DNA of 64,000 nt. Source: Nitrosopumilaceae archaeon (GTDB lineage: Archaea; Thermoproteota; Nitrososphaeria; Nitrososphaerales; Nitrosopumilaceae). A program made the translations under genes and the position numbers. The DNA is taken from assembly GCA_965203465.1 (NCBI GenBank), contig CBDBCR010000003.1:416001-480000 (forward strand), given 5' to 3'. Of this stretch, positions 59,150 to 64,000 are shown piece after piece; position 1 is the first letter of the stretch, and each line of letters begins with the position of its first letter. The notes beneath the pieces were generated by a model. It saw only the letters and a list, made by a program, of their open reading frames with translations. It was not told where the DNA came from and searched no databases.

Positions 59150-59680
59150 CTACTCCTTGGCCGGCGCTGCCGCCGGCTCCGACTTTGCGGCCGGCGCTGC
59201 CGGCTGCGGCGAGCTCTTTTGCGGCATGGCCTTGCCGCCCTTTGCCACCCCGACGGCGCCGCCCTTGCGGCCGGACGTGCGCGTGCACTGCCCCCTGACC
59301 TTCAGTCCGAACATGTGGCGGTACCCGCGCCAGCTGCCCGTGATCCTCTCGCGCTCCACGTCGTTGCGCACGGTGAATTCGATGTCCGAAGTTATGATGT
59401 GCTTGTCGCTGCCCGTCTCGACGTCCTTGCGCCGGTTGAGGAACCAGGCGGGGAACCCTGCCGCCGCCGGATCCGTGATTATCCGCTCTATCTTTGAGAC
59501 CTGCTCTTCGGTGAGATCCCCGATGTTCGAGTTGGGCCTGATGTCCAAGGAACGGAGGATCGCGCTGGAAAACATCTGGCCTATCCCGCGCACCTGGGTG
59601 AGGCCCACCAAGGCGTTCCTGTGGCCCGGTATGTCGTTGCCCACTATCCGCACGATGTGCCGGTATTCCTGCGCGCTCAA
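59150..59680 (-). CDS. rps13: 30S ribosomal protein uS13
   Basis: [40 protein letters not shown] 59680 lies about 30 nt after TTTTATC. Confidence 0.95.
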   Translation of the reverse strand: MSAQEYRHIVRIVGNDIPGHRNALVGLTQVRGIGQMFSSAILRSLDIRPNSNIGDLTEEQVSKIERIITDPAAAGFPAWFLNRRKDVETGSDKHIITSDIEFTVRNDVERERITGSWRGYRHMFGLKVRGQCTRTSGRKGGAVGVAKGGKAMPQKSSPQPAAPAAKSEPAAAPAKE

Positions 59681-59961
59681 GCGCCAAGCCGCCCCGGATC
59701 CTAGATAAAAACCCTGTCGGCGGGCCCGGTTTGCTCTGGTGTACAAAAAGTATGCCCTGCCCCCCGAGGCCAAAGCCGGGCCTGCGGGGGGCTCGAACGC
59801 GGCGCGCATCCGCCATGTACGGGCGCCTGCCGGGGGCCGATCCGCGCGCGGGCGCGATCGTGGTCGCGGCGGTACTCGGCCGTCGCCCCCATTCCGCCGG
59901 GGCGGCGCGCGCCGCGGGCAGGGCCTGATCCACTCATTAATGCGTCAGAAAGCCCCCGGGC

Positions 59962-60699
59962 GTGGAGGTATGGATGCTGGCGTTCGGCGCGGCCGTCGGC
60001 GTCGTGGGATCCATGATAGGGCTGGGGGGCGGGACCATCATCGTGCCGGTTCTTTCGGCGCTTGGCGTGCCGCCCACGGCGGTCGCCTCGAGCAGCATAT
60101 CGGCGGTGCTCGCCAACGCGGTCGCCTCCACCTCCTCGTACGCCCGGCAGCGCAGGATAGCCTACAGGCACGGCGTCCTGCTCGGCGCGCTGAGCGTGCC
60201 GGGGGCCGTGCTGGGCTCGCTCATAACCGAAAAGGCCGCGCCGGCCGAATTCCACACGATGTTCGCCGTGGTGCTTGCCGGCTCCGGCGTATACGTCGTG
60301 CTAAAGTCCAGGCTGGGCAGAAAGTCCGCCAAGGCGCCGGGCCGCGCGTCGGTAGTGCTGGCAGCCGCGCTCAGCTTTGCGACCGGCATCATGTCCGGGC
60401 TGTTCGGCATCGGCGGCGGCATAGTCTTCATGCCGCTGCTGGTCATAGTGCTGGGCATGGACGTAAAGAGGGCCGCGCCGACCTCGCAGATGATACTGCT
60501 GTTCTCGTCGTCGGCGGGCGCTGCCGCGCACTACGCCCTGGGCCACGCCGATCCGGGCCCGGCGCTGTACCTGGCGGCGGGCGCCTTTGCGGGCGGCCTT
60601 GCAGGCGCGCGCATGTCGCGCCGGGTGGGCGAGGGCCCGCTGCGCTGGGCCGTGGCGGCCGCCGTCTTTAGCGGCGCCGCGGCGATGCTGCTCCTGTAG
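59962..60699 (+). CDS. TauE/SafE-family sulfite exporter
   Basis: Duplicated G.GGG.I.VP motifs and multiple TM helices. Confidence 0.88.
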   Translation: MEVWMLAFGAAVGVVGSMIGLGGGTIIVPVLSALGVPPTAVASSSISAVLANAVASTSSYARQRRIAYRHGVLLGALSVPGAVLGSLITEKAAPAEFHTMFAVVLAGSGVYVVLKSRLGRKSAKAPGRASVVLAAALSFATGIMSGLFGIGGGIVFMPLLVIVLGMDVKRAAPTSQMILLFSSSAGAAAHYALGHADPGPALYLAAGAFAGGLAGARMSRRVGEGPLRWAVAAAVFSGAAAMLLL

Positions 60700-60743
60700 G
60701 CCGGATCAGAAGTTCTATATACGGCGGCCTTCGGCCGGAGCAC

Positions 60744-60832
60744 AGCGGGGTGGGGAAGTCAGTCGCTTCGGGCTAGGTCATCCCGGCGGGCTCATAACCC
60801 GCAGATCAGTAGTTCAAATCTGCTCCCCGCTA
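60744..60832 (+). tRNA. Initiator tRNA-Met (CAT) with a 14-nt insert in the D-loop
   Basis: Acceptor stem AGCGGGG/CCCCGCT (A1:U72), D-stem GGGA/TCCC, anticodon stem GCGGG/CCCGC with CAT at 60793-60795, T-loop TTCAAAT. TATA-like TCTATATA upstream. Confidence 0.92.
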
Positions 60833-62122
60833 TCAAACAATCCACGGCAGCGACCGGTCGAACCCGAACCGGTTGTACAGGCCGGCGCGCTTTGCCGGCC
60901 GCGTCAGGTGCCGCTGCGCCGAGACGAACGGGAGGTACGTGCCGGCCGACAGCCCGCGCGGCCGGCTCGCGCGCACCCTGGAGGGCGACGAGGTGGCGCA
61001 CCTGCCGCACGCAAAGCCCTGCCCGCGCCCCTTGGACTTCATGCTCTTGCCGCACGCGCCGCAGGACGGGTTTGCCTCGTGCACGTCGGGGGCCAGCCGG
61101 ACCGCCTCGATGAACTCGGCGTTGAGCACGCGCCCCAGGCCCGAGGGCGGGCGCACGCCGCCGCCGACGCGCACCACGTCGCCGGGCAGCAGCATGGAGG
61201 CGGGGCCGCCCAGGCCGCCGGGCTTGTAGGCGGCGCACTCCGTGCGGCCGCCCCCCGAGCTCACCGCGAAGAACACGTGGCCGCCCCTGCCGGTGCGCGG
61301 CGCCGCGCAGACCCGGCCCTCTAGCACGCCCGACGAGTACGGCTCGCTGCGCGGGCCGAGCGCGCGCCGCATGTGGTCGCCGGTCCCCTGGTTGGTTCGG
61401 AACACCATGTGGCCCAGCGGCTCCTCGCCCGTCTCGAGGCCCGCGCGCGCGCGGCACAGCTCGCGCGGGCTCTCGCCGCGCAGCCCGTACAGGACGGGAT
61501 CCGGCCCGCGCGGCGATATTATCTGCCGTTTCCGCTTTTCGTCAAAGCTGCTGAAAGTAGACGCGTGCCCCTCCTGCACGGCCCTCACGCTCTCGGCCGA
61601 TATCCGCCGCGGCGTGCCGGCCATCTCCGGCCTGCGGTAGCAGACAAGCTCGGCGGTGCAGTCGCCGAACCGGTACCCGATGCACGAGAGCGCCCCGACC
61701 AGCCCGCGCCCGCCGCCAAGCGCCAGCGTGCGCGCCCCGCACCCCGAGGCCAGCCGCTCCGCCTCGGACGCATTCACCAGCCCGTGCAGCGCGCGCCGCG
61801 CGAGCCCCTCCAGCTCCGGCGGCCTCGGCCCCTCGCACATGGCAAGGCCCGGGCTGGCCCCGTTTTCCAGGTCCGAGCGGAGCTCCAGCTCCGCCGAGGC
61901 CGCCTCCCACACGGCCCCGGGGTCCGCATCGACGGTGATGGAGACGGCCCCGTTGCCGCGCGTCTTCCACGGCACGTTGGGGTTGAGGCGCACCAGCCGC
62001 GGATAGTCGCGGAATTCGGCGCCGGCCTTTCGCAGGCGCCGCGCCAGCGAGTACGCAAGGTACGTGGTGCACATGCCCCTGACCGAATCGGTGTCGTCCA
62101 TCCCCACGTGCAGCAGCGCCAC
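60833..62122 (-). CDS. tiaS: tRNA(Ile2) 2-agmatinylcytidine synthetase
   Basis: GMDDTDS..GMCTTY, LVRLNPNVPWKTRGNGAV, DPVLYGLRGE, TNQGT, C-terminal zinc ribbon. Confidence 0.93.
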   Translation of the reverse strand: MALLHVGMDDTDSVRGMCTTYLAYSLARRLRKAGAEFRDYPRLVRLNPNVPWKTRGNGAVSITVDADPGAVWEAASAELELRSDLENGASPGLAMCEGPRPPELEGLARRALHGLVNASEAERLASGCGARTLALGGGRGLVGALSCIGYRFGDCTAELVCYRRPEMAGTPRRISAESVRAVQEGHASTFSSFDEKRKRQIISPRGPDPVLYGLRGESPRELCRARAGLETGEEPLGHMVFRTNQGTGDHMRRALGPRSEPYSSGVLEGRVCAAPRTGRGGHVFFAVSSGGGRTECAAYKPGGLGGPASMLLPGDVVRVGGGVRPPSGLGRVLNAEFIEAVRLAPDVHEANPSCGACGKSMKSKGRGQGFACGRCATSSPSRVRASRPRGLSAGTYLPFVSAQRHLTRPAKRAGLYNRFGFDRSLPWIV

Positions 62123-62192
62123 GCCCGGCCCCGCAAAAGCCGGAATTTGTGGCTTCGCGTGGTTTAAATTCAAAACCGCGCGCGCCCGCGGC

Positions 62193-63185
62193 CTGATAAG
62201 GATAGACGAAGAAGCCATGCACCGCGTGATCGAGGAAAAGGCGCCCGCCTCGGTGGCCATCAACGGGCCCGACGGCATGCTGCCGCAGGTGCAGAGCGCG
62301 GCCCTTGCCGTCGCCGAAAAGTTCGGCATACCCGCCTACGTGCTGGCCGATGCCACCTGGGGCACGTGCGATCTCAACACCAACGGCGCCAAGGTGCTCG
62401 GGGCCGAGGTGCTCTTCAACGTGGGCCACACAGTCGGATCCGGGATGCGCTTCGAGGGCACCTGCATGATAGACGCGTTCGACGACGCCGGCTTTGAAAA
62501 GGCGGCCTCAAAGTGCGCCCCGCTCGTCTCCGGAAAGGCCGTATGCCTGGCCACCGACAGCCAGCACCTGCGGGAGCTGGGCCGCGTCAGGAAGATCCTC
62601 GAGGAGGGCGGCGCGCGCGTGACGGTCGGCCCCGGAAAGGGCCAGCTTGGCGACGGGCAGATCTTCGGGTGCGAGTTCTACCCCGCCACCGACTGCCCGC
62701 CGGCCGACGTCAACGTCTTCATGGGCCAGAGCCAGTTCCACGCGGCCGGCATGGCCGCCTCGACGGGCAGGCCCACGTACATGCTCGACCCGTACTTTGA
62801 CGAGGTGCGCGACGTGACCGAGTTTGCGCGCAAGCTCGAAAAGAGGGCCTCGGCGCAGGTGTACGCGGCCGCCGAGGCGTCGGTGTTCGGCGTCATCGTG
62901 GGCCTCAAGGAGGGCCAGATCTCAAAGACCGCCGCGCTCTCCGTAAAGCGCGAGCTCGAGAAAGCGGGCAAAAAAGTGCAGCTGTTCGCCATGACCGACA
63001 TCACCAACGAGAGGCTGCGGTGCCTGCGCGGCATAGACGCGTTCGTGCAGTCGGCCTGCCCGCGCATATCGACGGACAACAGGTTCGACGTGCCCGTCCT
63101 CTCGATGCCGCAGGCGAGGGCGCTGGTGCGCGTGCTGCGCGGCCAGGACCCGGGAAGGTACCTGCAGGCGCCGCACTGGCTCTAG
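62193..63185 (+). CDS. dph2: Diphthamide biosynthesis protein Dph2 (ACP-transferase)
   Basis: WGTCD, GQIFGC, FHA.G, ACPRI Fe-S Cys motifs. Probable CTG start 30 nt after TTTAAA (alternative ATG 62217). Confidence 0.9.
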   Translation: MIRIDEEAMHRVIEEKAPASVAINGPDGMLPQVQSAALAVAEKFGIPAYVLADATWGTCDLNTNGAKVLGAEVLFNVGHTVGSGMRFEGTCMIDAFDDAGFEKAASKCAPLVSGKAVCLATDSQHLRELGRVRKILEEGGARVTVGPGKGQLGDGQIFGCEFYPATDCPPADVNVFMGQSQFHAAGMAASTGRPTYMLDPYFDEVRDVTEFARKLEKRASAQVYAAAEASVFGVIVGLKEGQISKTAALSVKRELEKAGKKVQLFAMTDITNERLRCLRGIDAFVQSACPRISTDNRFDVPVLSMPQARALVRVLRGQDPGRYLQAPHWL

Positions 63186-64000
63186 GGCCTCAGCAGCATC
63201 TTGCCGAAGACGCCGCCTTTGAGCATGCGCCGGTGCGCCTCGGCCGCCCGCTCCAGCGGGTATTCCGAATCGATGTGCGAGCGTATGCGGCCGCGCGACA
63301 TCCAGTACAGCCCGCGCTCCAGCTCTGCGCGCGTGCCCTGCGTGGAGCCGAGGACGGAGAGGCCCCCCTCGTGTATGAGCCTCAGGTCGGTGGGCGCCTC
63401 GTAGCCGGTCGTGGCCCCGGTGGTGACCACCGTGCCGCCCCTGCGCGCCAGCCCTAGCGCCGCGTTCCAGTGCGAGCCGCCAACGTGCTCGAATACGACG
63501 TCGACGCCGGGCTCCCCCAGCGAGCCGCATATGCGGCGCACGCGCTCGGGCCACGACGGGTCGCGGTGGTCCACCGCGTAGTCGGCGCCCATGTCCAGCA
63601 GCCTGCCGAGCTTTGCGCGGCTCGCCGTCGATATGACCGTGCAGCCGTGCAGCTTTGCTATCTGCACGCCAAAGCTGCCCACCCCCGAGGCGCCCCCCAT
63701 CACCAGGACCGTCTGGCCGGGCCGTATCCTGGCCCTGCCCGCCAGCATGTGCCACGAGGTCAGCAGCGTCATCGAGGCCGCCGCGGCCTGCTCGTACGAC
63801 ATGCCGTCGGGTACGGGCACCGCGTTGGCCTCGGGCAGCCGGGCAATCTCGCAGTAGCCGCCCCACAGCGGCCCGGTCTGGAACCCCCATATGCGGCGGC
63901 GCCGGCAGTCGTACTCCCTCCCCGAAGTGCACGGGCCGCAGACCCTGCAGGAGAGGTTGCCGTGCGAGACTACGCGGTCGCCCGGCGCCACGCTGCGCAC
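63182..64000 (-). CDS. Zn-dependent medium-chain dehydrogenase/quinone reductase, 5' end outside window
   Basis: Structural Zn motif CRVCGPC...C, GGASGVG, VFEHVG, GK.LL. Confidence 0.88.
   Translation of the reverse strand: MRSVAPGDRVVSHGNLSCRVCGPCTSGREYDCRRRRIWGFQTGPLWGGYCEIARLPEANAVPVPDGMSYEQAAAASMTLLTSWHMLAGRARIRPGQTVLVMGGASGVGSFGVQIAKLHGCTVISTASRAKLGRLLDMGADYAVDHRDPSWPERVRRICGSLGEPGVDVVFEHVGGSHWNAALGLARRGGTVVTTGATTGYEAPTDLRLIHEGGLSVLGSTQGTRAELERGLYWMSRGRIRSHIDSEYPLERAAEAHRRMLKGGVFGKMLLRP

Noticed and set aside
59760-59900. GTTCGAGCCC T-arm-like motif on the minus strand
   Set aside because: No acceptor, D or anticodon stems can be folded around it.
60744-60832. tRNA-Ile2 (CAU), suggested by the adjacent tiaS
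   Set aside because: A1:U72 and three consecutive G-C pairs in the anticodon stem are initiator-tRNA determinants.

Overview
High-GC archaeal DNA. The gene content (prefoldin alpha, FtsY, Bud32, TiaS, Dph2, archaeal uS13/uS4, archaeal CobT and GHMP shikimate kinase, ThiC) fits a Nitrosopumilaceae thaumarchaeon resembling Cenarchaeum. A host-associated lifestyle is an inference, not something the sequence shows. Bases 1-26,100 form a cell-surface region: two giant secreted repeat proteins (one runs off the window and is missed by the ORF track; the other is 3,649 aa), two thrombospondin type-3 repeat proteins coupled to a glycosyltransferase and a sulfotransferase, and a convergent glycosyltransferase. 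The rest is mostly housekeeping (argF, ftsY, pfdA, sod, thiC, aro/tyr operon, ahcY, metG, nnrE, cobT, glmS, rps4/rps13, tRNA-iMet, tiaS, dph2). It is interrupted by AT-richer accessory islets carrying IS remnants/MITEs, a Panacea-like + PIN pair and a PIN + ABC-ATPase islet. The most striking signal is that the only two long homopolymers I found (G13 and G12 on the coding strand) each lie a few nt upstream of a giant surface-protein start codon. One sits between a TATA box and the ATG, the other inside a leader ORF, which suggests slipped-strand phase variation of adhesins in an archaeon. Also found: two unannotated 26-aa genes with correctly spaced TATA boxes, an initiator tRNA with a 14-nt D-loop insert, probable CTG/ACG starts, and three clustered +1 frameshifts that may be assembly errors. 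Start codons were refined by hand using a recurring TATA-to-start spacing of about 28-32 nt; no database searches were run.
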